A DNA stretch of 64,000 nucleotides. It comes from Octopus bimaculoides. Its lineage: Eukaryota. The DNA lies in NCBI RefSeq assembly GCF_001194135.2, contig NC_068984.1:46813103-46877102 (forward strand). The letters run 5' to 3'. The notes below the pieces were generated by a model that was not told where the DNA came from, did not search any database, and worked only from the letters and a program-made list of their open reading frames with translations. This document shows positions 1 to 10,345 of the stretch, piece by piece. Numbering within the stretch: the first letter of the stretch is position 1; the number at the start of each line of letters is the position of its first letter. Position numbers and translations under genes: made by a program.

Positions 1-619
1 AAAGCTAGCAACACCCCATGAACATTTGCGATTCAATGCAAATCGCATGGAAATACATTGTCCATCAATGGATAGAAATATGATAGCTTCGAAATGTAAA
101 TAAGCTAATGGATTTCAGAATGTTAAATCCACTATCACATTCTCAATCTCGCAATACTGGCATTCCCTCACACAGTATTAACTACACTGAAATAAATGTC
201 AGTTTAGTTTGTAAGTGGGATTGGATATTGCAAAATTTTAACGGTTATTAGATCATACAACGCTACACATGCACGCACTCACTCAGAAACCAAACAAACA
301 CTCATTTTTACACGCGCAGGACAAGTATACGTTCAAAATCGGTTCTGCAGGTAAACTTGATTACGGTAGAGAGGAGGGCTATTTTCTTACAGTTGTTGGT
401 ATTGTATATCGGTAAGGTAACGAACATCGGAAAAAAAAGTGCCCATCTTTGTTGTTGCATATTAGAATCGAAGCTTATTAAGGTTATATAATGAATATCA
501 CACTTCACGCTCATCCACACAACCAAACAACCGGAATATTCTTTATCATTTCAATTTCATGCAAGCAAACGTGCGTATAAACAGGGCAAACCGAGATGGT
601 TTCTCAGAAGTAAAAGAGT

Positions 620-672
<53 letters not shown>
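620..672. repeat. (GA)n microsatellite
   Basis: Direct reading of the sequence. Confidence 0.98.
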
Positions 673-676
<4 letters not shown>

Positions 677-789
677 TGTGAGAGAAAAAGATAAAGTGAT
701 TGAGAGAAAGAGAGTATTCGCTATTGTAGTAACATGTATTTATTGTGTACATAAAGAGAAAATGTGCACTCACTGAAGTATTGTCATGT

Positions 790-1270
790 AGTTTCTAGCC
801 AATGTACAAGTGAGATGTTCTTGTTATATTCATATTTGGGTTTGTTCGTTCTGGAACCTTCCATTTGATGAAGTCTATGTTCTTTGTCTTGATTTTCTGC
901 AGACATTTCAACACAGCTGTAGACATACTCTTTTCTTTGTCACTATAAGAGGAAATATAGCTCGAAATTTTAAATAAAATTTCTGTCAGTCATTCCAGTG
1001 TATACTTTTTAATTTACTGTTCATGTTACATTGGACCTGTCCGCGATTCTTTACTGTTACAAGGCCGTTTGAGTTGAGCGGACATGATACATCACTGCAT
1101 CTGTTAATATAGATGGTTTGCCTGTTATTATATATTTAAATTTACATTTGTCACTATAGGTCACTTTGAGTTAATTGATTAAATATGGTCCTGTAACTAT
1201 TTTGGTTGGATAAATGTTTGTACATCAACTGGAGGAATTTTTCTCTGTTTTATACACATTTGCGTTTAAT
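790..1270 (-). mobile_element. Decayed Penelope-like element: linker plus GIY-YIG endonuclease fragment (family distinct from the one at 1.4-2.9 kb)
   Basis: Minus-strand translation across stops and frameshifts gives EKFLQLMYKHLSNQNSYRTIFNQ / KVTYSDKCKFKYII / CSDVSCPLNSNGL / KVYTGMTDRNF / STAVLKCLQKIKTKNIDFIKWKV..NITRTSHL. The order and motifs match the PLE pattern KF..LI..HF....KIFN, SYSC, CPL.G.CL, YIG.T..F, STAL...W.LK....F.IKWKI (recalled consensus). Confidence 0.7.
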
Positions 1271-1394
1271 CCGAAAGGTGCAGTAAAAAAAAAGCGTGTT
1301 ATGTGCCCTAGATTTGTGGTAGGAATTAAGAGGTATCGGTGTGTAACTAATCATAAATGCGAAGCCGCTACTTGTTAAAGCATTATTTTACTTT

Positions 1395-1530
1395 ATTTAC
1401 ATTCGACGGATATTTGTCCTCATCTTGTTTGCTGTTAACACGACGTTTAGTCTGATATACCCTCCAGCGTCCTCCAGGAGTCTTGGGGAAATTTCGAACC
1501 TGGGTACTCATTCCTAAGGTATTTTTCGAT
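1395..1530 (-). mobile_element. PLE pLTR-like segment with degenerate hammerhead-like motif
   Basis: Its reverse complement matches 2775-2890 (ATCGAAAAATACCTTAGGAATGAG...GAGGACAAATATCCGTCGAATGTAAATAA). It contains CTGGAGGA-cgctg..cagac-TAAACGTC, a mutated CTGANGA/stem II/GAAA layout. Confidence 0.6.
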
Positions 1531-1549
1531 GTTATTATTATTATTATTA

Positions 1550-1599
<50 letters not shown>

Positions 1600-1600
1600 G
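1530..1600. repeat. (ATT)n microsatellite inside the PLE pLTR-like region
   Basis: Direct reading. Confidence 0.98.
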
Positions 1601-1602
1601 TT

Positions 1603-1976
1603 CGCAGCTTTGCGATGTTCGTCGACCATTATTTTGAAGGGGCGCCATGTTTCGCCTTTGTATAACCTACCACAGCTGCACGGGATGGAGTACACGCAGT
1701 CTTTGGTCATGTTCTCTTCTCTTGGTGGTTTTACTCGGAAGAGATATTTGCAAATGTTGTATTCCTCTTGAATACTGTCCTGTTGTCATATGGGCCGCAT
1801 ATCTTTTGTATCTTTTCGGAGAGGCCTTTCACATTGGGTATACAGACTGTGGACAGTTTGTTGGTATCATTCTCTCTCTTCTTCATAATTGGAGTGGATA
1901 GTATACTGTTGCTTAACAGATCGTTATTGAGCTTGATCATTTCTTCGTGGTGTGTATCACGATCGCTACTTAGCAC
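1603..1976 (-). mobile_element. PLE fragment: thumb/linker and N-terminal half of GIY-YIG endonuclease
   Basis: ORFs 1731-1976 (VCIPNVKGLSEKIQKICGPYDNRTVFK) and 1447-1710 (CVYSIPCSCGRLYKGETWRPFKIMVDEHRKA) give the VY..PC..CG..YIGET....EH signature. Confidence 0.9.
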
Positions 1977-2230
1977 GACGCGAGGAGACGTTGATAAATC
2001 GGTTATAGCTGATCATGTATGAAAAATGGAGACCACCTCCCCCTGTGGGATGAAGTTAAAATAATACACAGAGAACACCACTGCAAAATATTACAACTAA
2101 AAGAAGCAGCACATATGCTAGGACACAACAACCTCTTAAGCAGACCGAGTGCAGATATGAGCAGCATATGGGGACCGGTATTAAGCAAGGATAGAAAAAT
2201 ATTAGAGTTATAAGCACTAAAATTCACTAC
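1972..2230 (+). mobile_element. PLE fragment: C-terminal half of GIY-YIG endonuclease, inverted relative to the preceding half
   Basis: Plus translation TTRGDVDKSVIADHV(W)/KNGDHLPLWDEVKIIHREHHCKILQLKEAAHMLGHNNLLSRPS continues directly from EHRKA. Confidence 0.85.
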
Positions 2231-2287
2231 ATAATTGCCAACGGGCATATGACGTAGTGTTTAAGAGTTCGAATCCAAGCAGTGACC

Positions 2288-2289
<2 letters not shown>

Positions 2290-2376
<87 letters not shown>
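2290..2376. repeat. (AAT)n microsatellite
   Basis: Direct reading. Confidence 0.98.
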
Positions 2377-2379
<3 letters not shown>

Positions 2380-2762
2380 GATCTTGAAATAGAAATTAGC
2401 AAAATTTGGAAACTGAAGACGAAAACAATACCTATTGTCATAGGTGCCCTGGGAATGACAGCGAAACGGGCTGATTACTACCTAGCTCAGGAAACCCCAA
2501 AATGGCTGAAGTTCAAAAGATAGTGCTCATGGCAACTGCCCATATCCTACGTAAAATACTGTCTATGTGATCTCAAATTTTAAAACAAACACATAATTTT
2601 CTTATGGTTTCTTAAACATTCACTAGAACAAAACTGTACAAATCCAAATATATGGTACCCTAGGCATAACACCTACATGAACTTCTAACTTGTTGTCTCT
2701 TGAGGTCTCTGGGTGAGACTTGGATCCAGCTTCTACAAATGCAAAACAAAAGTCAAACATAA
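2377..2762 (+). mobile_element. 5'-truncated R4/Dong-like non-LTR retrotransposon: end of restriction-like endonuclease domain and 3' UTR
   Basis: KDLEIEISKIWKLKTKTIPIVIGALG then, after a frameshift, MAEVQKIVLMATAHILRKILSM* (stop 2568-2570). AAT tracts flank both sides. Confidence 0.85.
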
Positions 2763-2900
2763 AATAATAATAATAATAACATCGAAAAATACCTTAGGAA
2801 TGAGAACCCAGGTTCGAAATTTTCCCAAGATACCGAAAGGTTGTGCTAACAACAAACAAAATGAGGACAAATATCCGTCGAATGTAAATAATGTACATAA
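2763..2900 (+). mobile_element. Second PLE pLTR-like copy with internal deletion
   Basis: Homologous to the reverse complement of 1395-1530. Roughly 27 nt covering the CTGANGA and stem II part are missing (CAAGATAC-CGAAAGGTTGTG). Confidence 0.65.
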
Positions 2901-2957
2901 TTCCTCATCTCTTAAATATAGAACTGAATTATTTTACTATTCTTATTCAACCAAACA

Positions 2958-3592
2958 GAAAGTTTACCTTGATATTTTAACCAGCCAGTTAATCAGTTGA
3001 GTATCAAGATTAGGAACGTATATTATTGCGCTCAGTACAGATGGTAAATAGATATGAAAGTAGTCCACTGTGAAGTCTCACAGAAAAGTTTAAATATGTG
3101 CACCAAAAATATAAATGCTTTTGTGTCAAATGTGTGAAGTCTAAATTAGGCGTATCATATTTGAGGTTCATACATTTGTCGGTTCAGAGATAAATTTCGG
3201 AGCAGAGGGCAGAAGGTGATTAAAATAATGTGATGCATTTTATGGCAGTGATGCTGGCGTTCGGCGTGTTAAAATAGCAATTTCTCCCTAAATCATCGTT
3301 ATAATGACGGAAGATCATAATATAAAGAGTAATCCAAATTGTACGAAATTGCCTTCTGTCCTCTGCACCACAATGTATCCCCGAACCGATAAATTAATGG
3401 AACTCAAATATAATACACTAATTAAGAATTGAGAAATTTGACGTGAAAGTTATTTGATATTTAAAATTGTCTGTAAGATATTACAGTAGACTGCTTTCTT
3501 ATCTGTTTATCAACTTTACTGAGTGCAATAATATACGTTTCTAACCTTGTTATTGAACTCAACTGAATGGTTAAACATCAAGGTAAACTTTC
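2958..3592. mobile_element. Foldback/MITE-like element with about 250-265 bp imperfect inverted arms and about 125 bp spacer
   Basis: GAAAGTTTACCTTGAT at 2958 pairs with ATCAAGGTAAACTTTC ending at 3592. Collinear inverted matches continue inwards (ACGTATATTATTGC, TATTTGAG, GCAGAGG.CAGAAGG) to 3221/3346. Confidence 0.8.
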
Positions 3593-3865
3593 CATAAACT
3601 ATATAGAGATGTTTAGCATTGAAAATATATTATATATCATGTCATTATTGTTTCTTTATAGGGTAACATATACAAATATATCGTATGGCACATTAGTTCA
3701 AGAGTGGTTCAGCAAGTAGCAGCCTCACAGTTATGATTAGTTACACACCAATACCTCCTAATTCTCAACATAAATATAGAGTTTAAAGATCACTGTGTTG
3801 TGTTTCCACTTTTCGCATTAAACCCAAATAAGTATGAAATAGAGAAAAATTCCTTCAGTTGATAT

Positions 3866-3873
3866 CTAGATAG

Positions 3874-3960
<87 letters not shown>
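3866..3960. repeat. (GATA)n microsatellite
   Basis: Direct reading. Confidence 0.98.
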
Positions 3961-4664
3961 CATGTGTGTATTTATAGAGTATATATCCAGGCGGTGCAGC
4001 TAGTGTGTCGAACGGTAGAGCTTGACGTATCCGATCAGACTGTGTATTCTGACAACAGCAGCGCGACAACATGCACGCACATTCAGCTACTAACCTAAAA
4101 GAAAACCGTTACCCTATCCTACAAGAGAAATGTTCATCTGCTGCAAAACGTGGACAGCATTGACTGAAGGGTAGGCTAAAGTATATATCCATGTGACTGT
4201 TGAAAAATGACTACGTTTCAATCAGAATTTGGCCACTCAGCATTATAGTAGGTAATTATTTACTATTAATTTTATTTTGTTACCAATGCTTAGTCACATT
4301 GAATATGTTCAAAACCATTCATTAATCAATGATTCTCTTTTGTGCTCGATTTTTTATATCCGTTGAATTTTGTTTCGTGATATCTTTGATGTATTAGCTT
4401 GCGTTGATAAATGGTGAAATTTTGACAAGCGCTAGAATGGGGCCTCACAGGTCAAACACTTTCTGTGACTTCGTTTCCATTCTAAATTTTAGCCATTTAA
4501 CTGCACACGCATTAAACGCCTACCTTCCAAACTGAGAAATGTATTTAAGTATAATAATATCAAGATTAATAATCCCGGGCAAGTGGAAAATTTCCAAATG
4601 TGACATATGTGCTTTACATTTATAAATTCATAATTTTCCGTTCCTTAGCAATGACATATAGGTG

Positions 4665-4676
4665 ATACTACTACTA

Positions 4677-4737
<61 letters not shown>

Positions 4738-4763
4738 AGTTGCTGCTGCTGCTACTGCTGCTG
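4665..4763. repeat. Compound (CTA)n(CTG)n triplet repeat
   Basis: Direct reading. The poly-Leu ORF over it is an artefact. Confidence 0.95.
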
Positions 4764-5016
4764 CATATGTTAATGAGGATAATACTAAAAATAACGAACG
4801 CCTCCCTAAAAGTAATACGGATAGCCTCTACTTACGAAGGAAATAGGAGGCAAGGATTCGTTAAATGCAAAATACATCATTAGTACTGAAATTTGGTTCT
4901 GAAGCACTACTAGATGACTAGTGAAGAAATAATGTTATTTGTGGTCAGCTATATTGAAGAAATTAGAAATGTTGCATTTCTAAATCAATCAGAGAGAGTT
5001 ATGCAGTAGCAGCACG

Positions 5017-5122
5017 ATAAAGTGACGGTTTGTTGTCAACTTAATGTGGCAGTCACAGAACAGTAGTATTCTTCCCTTTTCTGGGACTGTCACATTAATT
5101 TGGCAACAAACCGTCACTTTAT
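5017..5122. repeat. 106-nt hairpin (44-bp arms, 4 differences, 18-nt loop); tiny TA-flanked MITE or pre-miRNA-like stem
   Basis: ATAAAGTGACGGTTTGTTGTCAACTTAATGTGGCAGTCACAGAA (5017-5060) versus the reverse complement of 5079-5122. Confidence 0.85.
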
Positions 5123-5159
5123 ATTGAAGAAGTTACTGCAGAATTCAGGAACAGTCACT

Positions 5160-5560
5160 ATAAACGACTTGACATATGAGTGGAAGTTGAAGAAGACTTG
5201 AAACACACTGAGAATTTTGAAAGAGAATAATCTGAAGTATGACTGTGGATATGATGGGAACCCGAAACAAGAACCAAAATCGTTGATCGTATCAACTTGA
5301 AAGCAAATGACAAGTAATAGATAAATACAAAGATTGATAGAAGTCAGTAATTGAGTGAAAAGAGAAAATGTGGGGAAAAGGATAGTAGTATTAACCATCA
5401 CATCAGTGAATGCAATAATTTAGAACAATGGAGTTTAAAGCAAACATGGATGTGTCGGTAGGAGAGCACCTTGCGATGCTAGCCAAATTTGTGGATTGGA
5501 ACCGATGGAGAGCTGTAGAAGCCCGACGCTGTGATGTCGATGGTTAAATAAATGATTTTA
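5160..5560 (+). mobile_element. Highly decayed R4/Dong-like fragment, zinc-knuckle region
   Basis: Translation through stops gives KIDRSQ*LSEKRKCGEKDSSINHHISECNNLEQ, matching the C-x2-C-x8-H-x4-C knuckle context KID..Q....CR.CG...E.INHI.SEC..L.Q of R4-clade elements. Confidence 0.65.
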
Positions 5561-6710
5561 CGTGATATCTCCGCAGAGATTTTATATTGATTCAATGCGA
5601 CACAAACAAAAACAAAAACAAAAAAATAAAACAACGCCAAATAGCATAAACTTTGCAATAACATATTTTTCTTATAATAGTTAACTACATATGAAGCAAA
5701 TTAAGAAATGTCAGGATCTAGCCTGAGAGATGAAGAGAATATAAAACATAGATATAAATATCATTCCCGTGGTAAATGATCGTTGGCATCGTGCCTATGC
5801 CAGAAACCATTCTTATTTTTAGAGGTACTTTTCGTTATGGAGACGATTTTCTATTTTCTTTCACCAGTACACTTGTTGCTAAATCTATCTGAAAATATTT
5901 ATATGACGTTTGTTGTCGCCATCTTTAATTAGAGACATGTTTTCAACTGCTGGAATTAATGCAGTGATTAGATGTTTTGTGACTATAAAATCTTGACTTT
6001 TAGTCTTAAATCTACTCGTATCTCATAATGCTGTCAAAATTTTCAATATATGAGTCCAGCCATATCTTCTATTTTGGTCATGAACAATATGACGGGGTAG
6101 TGCATCCTAAGAGTTCTTAATATTGTTTATTTTTTTTTTATTCTCTCTTAGTGTTACGAATTCAACTATTTTCCAGTTAATATTACAAGTAGAAATGATT
6201 TTGTGATAGCTGAAGTATTTAAAACGTGTCTCTTATTATGTGAGTCTTGATCTATTGCTTTTATGGTGTTCGACCTACCCATCTTCTCTTTCACTGTATT
6301 CAAAAACATGTATGGAATATTTAAGAACGGCTATAAACTTTTGACTATCAAACGTTGTGAGAGTGAGAATACCTCAACAGTATTTACTGATGCAATTTCC
6401 ATAAATAAGCATTTATATTACGTATAGGCGACTGTAATCGAATTTCATTTTTCTGCTCCAATATTTACTTAGCGAACGACTAAAATATCGGTAAACTACA
6501 TGTGTTAGTATGATTTGATAGCTGGAAGAATATGTTATGAAGTTTATCTTAAGATCCATAGGGATAGCATCAATTTTTACTTCTATTCATATCGGATACG
6601 TTTAACTTATACAAATTTCCAGTATACCAATGATCACTAAACTAATGCCCTCGCAGGTTATTCCAGAATTAGTATTCTTTTCTAGACGAGATCTTATGTA
6701 TTCAGTTTTA

Positions 6711-6770
6711 ATACAGGCATCCCCCGCATTAAGGACAAGTTTGTTCCTGAAAATATTGCGTAACGTGGAA
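6711..6770 (+). mobile_element. Possible solo Tc1/pogo (Tigger-like) terminus
   Basis: TA followed by CAGGCATCCCCCGCATTAAGGAC resembles Tigger-type TIRs. No partner end was found. Confidence 0.3.
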
Positions 6771-7039
6771 TTCCTAATCTAAAATATTGCCGATTTAGTT
6801 CAATGTGATATGGAATGTTTCATTTTAGGACCTGTTACGATATGTTTGGTTTTCAAGTTAAGAACGGATGTGATTCAGTAATCATATTCGATATCAAATA
6901 TTTTCACTCAACCTCATGTCACAATAGTATGAAATAAACAATTTTGGGAAAATATGAAATGATACTAGTTTTACTCATGGAGGAAGCAAATAAATATAAC
7001 AAAATTAAACTGTATGCACTCGTCGGATCTCACATTGAC

Positions 7040-7720
7040 AAGGAATTTACTGTAGGCATTGAGATAACTTCATACATCCAAAAGATGCACACTAAGATCA
7101 TTCGAATAAAGTGTTGAAATGAGGACGAAAAATGTGCATTATTATCCACCTATTCCTTGAGGTTGTCTCTCATGACATTATTCACCATTCAATCGAGAGA
7201 TCAATGGTTTTCCACTTTATATCACTAAAGCATTTGATATTATTTGACGTAAGAAAAGTTTAGTTAAGTTGTCTCTCCATACGATCCATTTATATCTTCT
7301 CTCTTGCATTGGAAGCTTCCTGTCAGATCGTACTGACATAGTGTCTGTTGAAGAAATTCTAAATCACACTTTCTGTCAACGATTGTGCTCCGGGTTTCGG
7401 TTTTGATCACCATACTTTTGACTCTACACTAAGGATTTACTGACCATAATCTCCGATACTACACATTCTAATGTAAATTTTATAACTCGTCAGTCTCTTT
7501 TCTTTTTTTTTTTTCAGTTTCTCTATGCTGATGCCATCTACATACGACAAACTTGCACCACTCTCATGAAAAGAGAGGGACAAATTACAATTGAATAAGA
7601 ATATTTGTCTTTTTTTCCTTCCACAGCAGGAAAAGAAGATCACTGCAGATATCACAGAAATGGTATTGTAGTGCACAGCCCAATAATCATTGACAATATC
7701 TGATAAAGTTACGGAAAGTA
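7040..7720 (+). mobile_element. Decayed CR1/L2/Jockey-type LINE reverse transcriptase fragment
   Basis: Plus-strand motifs in the correct order across frameshifts: YITKAFDII*RKKSLVKL, IGSFLSDRT, PGSVL-like, FLYADAI (compare LDISKAFD, SFLSDR, PQGSVL, YADD). Confidence 0.7.
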
Positions 7721-8222
7721 ATCTCGAATGTTCGGCTTAAATGTCATTCATATCAGTGCAAACATTGTTTCTCAAAGACATGCCTTCACAAATATTGCTC
7801 TCACGGGCCAGAAATAACGTAGTTGATACACAGAAGGATATACGGACATCTGTGGCGGTGCTGTTGCTTCATACAAACATCATAAAACATATTGAAAAGA
7901 AATCTACTCTACTTCCTATGACACAAAAATCTCTAGAACACAGGGAGCAATATGTTTAACTTACTTTTCCAAGAGAAATTGCATTGGCTTCTGCTGCCTC
8001 GAGCTGCCTGTTAATTACCAAATCCACCTAAAAACACCGGCTGAACTACGTTCTCCACCTGTCTCCACTCATATTTTCTTCCTATTTACGCCTTGGCCTA
8101 ATCGTTTTACACAATCATAGTGCCATGTACTAAAATCTTAATATCGTCATTGTATTTCCTGCAGTGATCGACTAGCAACATTTCAATATGTATGAACATT
8201 TATCACGTGTATATCATCAACA

Positions 8223-8356
8223 TTTGAGAACCTGCTACGGCCATTGATACTGCCGTTTCCCCATTATATCATTACAATATATATATATATATATATATAT
8301 ATTGCAATGATATAATGGGAAGGCGGCAGCATCCATGGCCGTTGCAGGTTCTCAAA
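8223..8356. repeat. 134-nt palindrome: 57-bp arms around a (TA)n centre
   Basis: TTTGAGAACCTGCTACGGCC...CATTACAATA versus TATTGCAATG...GGCCGTTGCAGGTTCTCAAA, about 7 differences in 57. Confidence 0.9.
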
Positions 8357-9984
8357 CATATATATATATATACATACATATATANNNNNNNNNNNNNNNN
8401 NNNNNNNNNNNNNNNNNNNNNNNNNNNNNNNNNNNNNNNNNNNNNNNNNNNNNNNNNNNNNNNNNNNNNNNNNNNNNNNNNNNNNNNNNNNNNNNNNNNN
8501 NNNNNNNNNNNNNNNNNNNNCCTTTTCAATTAGTTTGAAATAGATTTGGTAGCCGTAGTTTTCCTCTTTACATGCTAAGTAGCTAAGAAAAAAACTGGAA
8601 CATCGGATGAGAGATGTAGGTAGTTACCAAAAGGCGTACCATCGCAAAGAACCAGCCTTGGCATTTTACTCTGAGAAATTCGATATCTATCTGGATATCA
8701 TATCCCTCCTCTTACTAAATATATATGTGTGTGTGTGCGTGTGTGTGTGTGTGTGTGTGCGTGTGTATACATACGTATGTCTGTACGTATGTCTGTTTGC
8801 ATTATGCATGTGTGTGGGCGTGCGTGGATGTGTGTATGTCTGCGTGAGTGAGTTTCTGTGTGTCTTTGTGTGAGGGTATTCTTCGATATATGAATGAATG
8901 CATTATGGATAAGAATAGACAACGCCATATTTAAAATGCGCTGGCACGTTGTATGTTACCATAGTATCTTTACGATTCTATCAAGCAAGAAATTGGAGCC
9001 CGTGGAAAATTGTGATTGCTTGCGTATAAACACCTATATGTGTTATGTGTATTTGTTTGTTTGTGTTCGTTTGTTTGTGCGTGTTTATGTGCGAGCGTGT
9101 GTATGTGTGTGTGCGTGTGTGCGTGCGTGTGTGTGTGTGCGTGTGTGTGCGTACGCGTGCATCGCGCGTAAAGGTATAGTTGTTATTCCTAGTGATTAAC
9201 GTCATGCTCTGAAATGTAGAACATACAGGTGTCTTGATTGTTAATGCATATCCTTGGAAGATTTTCTGTTGCATGTTGTAAACAAACTAAAAACCATTGA
9301 CACCAACTGATTCTGCTAGATCAACCAGAAATGTGCAGCTTCAGCTGATATCATGGTCCTCATTTGCACTTTGTTATAATGACAATGTTTTTATTTTTTT
9401 TAATAGCTGTAAATGTAGAATGTTATGTTATAATGCACAAATTTATATGCTATTTACACACAAATAAACTTTCTTCTTATTTCTCTGTAACGAACTCGGG
9501 TACAACACTCTTGTAACTAGTACTACGTGGCGTTAATGACTATCAATGGAAGAGTGAAAGTATTATAAACGACAAATTTGTCTGTCATTATTTTGCAATT
9601 TTGAATTCAGTCGTTACTGAGCATATGTTAAACTATTGTAATCAATGTGAGTAATTTATATCTTAATTCTGGTGCCGGGGTGCATATAGGATTTGATACT
9701 TACCTACCAAATTATCTAATTGTTCTCATTCTAAATAGCTGCTACTGCGTACAAACAACTCATTGTGACTGTGCAAAGTGGATGAAATTTACTTACACTT
9801 CTGATAAAAATGGGAACACATATCAATGTACTTAGAATATTCTAACGGTCATAACGCAATGAGTTTGACCACTAACAATTGCTAGGGTTTGTCAAAAATA
9901 TGGCAGTACATAGTATCTTTTTTTAATTAACCTTCATAATTTTAATATCATTCTCGTTAAAGTTTAGATAACATGTTTTACATA

Positions 9985-10345
9985 TAGGTGTAGGTGTAAC
10001 CCTGTGGTAAGAAATTTGCTTTTTAACCATATGGCTCACAAGTTCAATCCCAGTGCGTAGCACCTTAGAAATGTGTATTCTGCTATAGCTTGAGGCCTGT
10101 GGATTATATATCTATGTGTGCGTATGTGTCTTTGTGAGTGTGTCCTACACCACCGCTTAGCAACTGGTGTTGGTGTGTTTATATCCCCCAAAATTAGCGG
10201 TTTCGCAAAAGTGACCGATGGAATAAGTAGTAGGCTTAAAACAAATAGATACTGGGATCGATTCGTTCGACCAAACTCCTTCACGACAGTGCTCCATCAT
10301 GGCGGCAGTCAACTGACTGGACCAAATAAAGATAAAAGATAGATA
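9985..10345 (+). mobile_element. SINE family A, degenerate near full-length copy
   Basis: tRNA-like head (..CTGTGGTAAG..AGTTCAATCC) and a tail (GAATAAGTA.TAGGCTT..GGGATCGAT..CATGGC.GCAGTCAA) shared with the copies at 22.4, 23.6 and 42.0 kb. Confidence 0.85.

Noticed and set aside
9600-9800. Minus-strand exon ending at the perfect donor AG|GTAAGTAT (9703)
   Set aside because: Every candidate acceptor gives stops in all three frames, and there is no supporting evidence.
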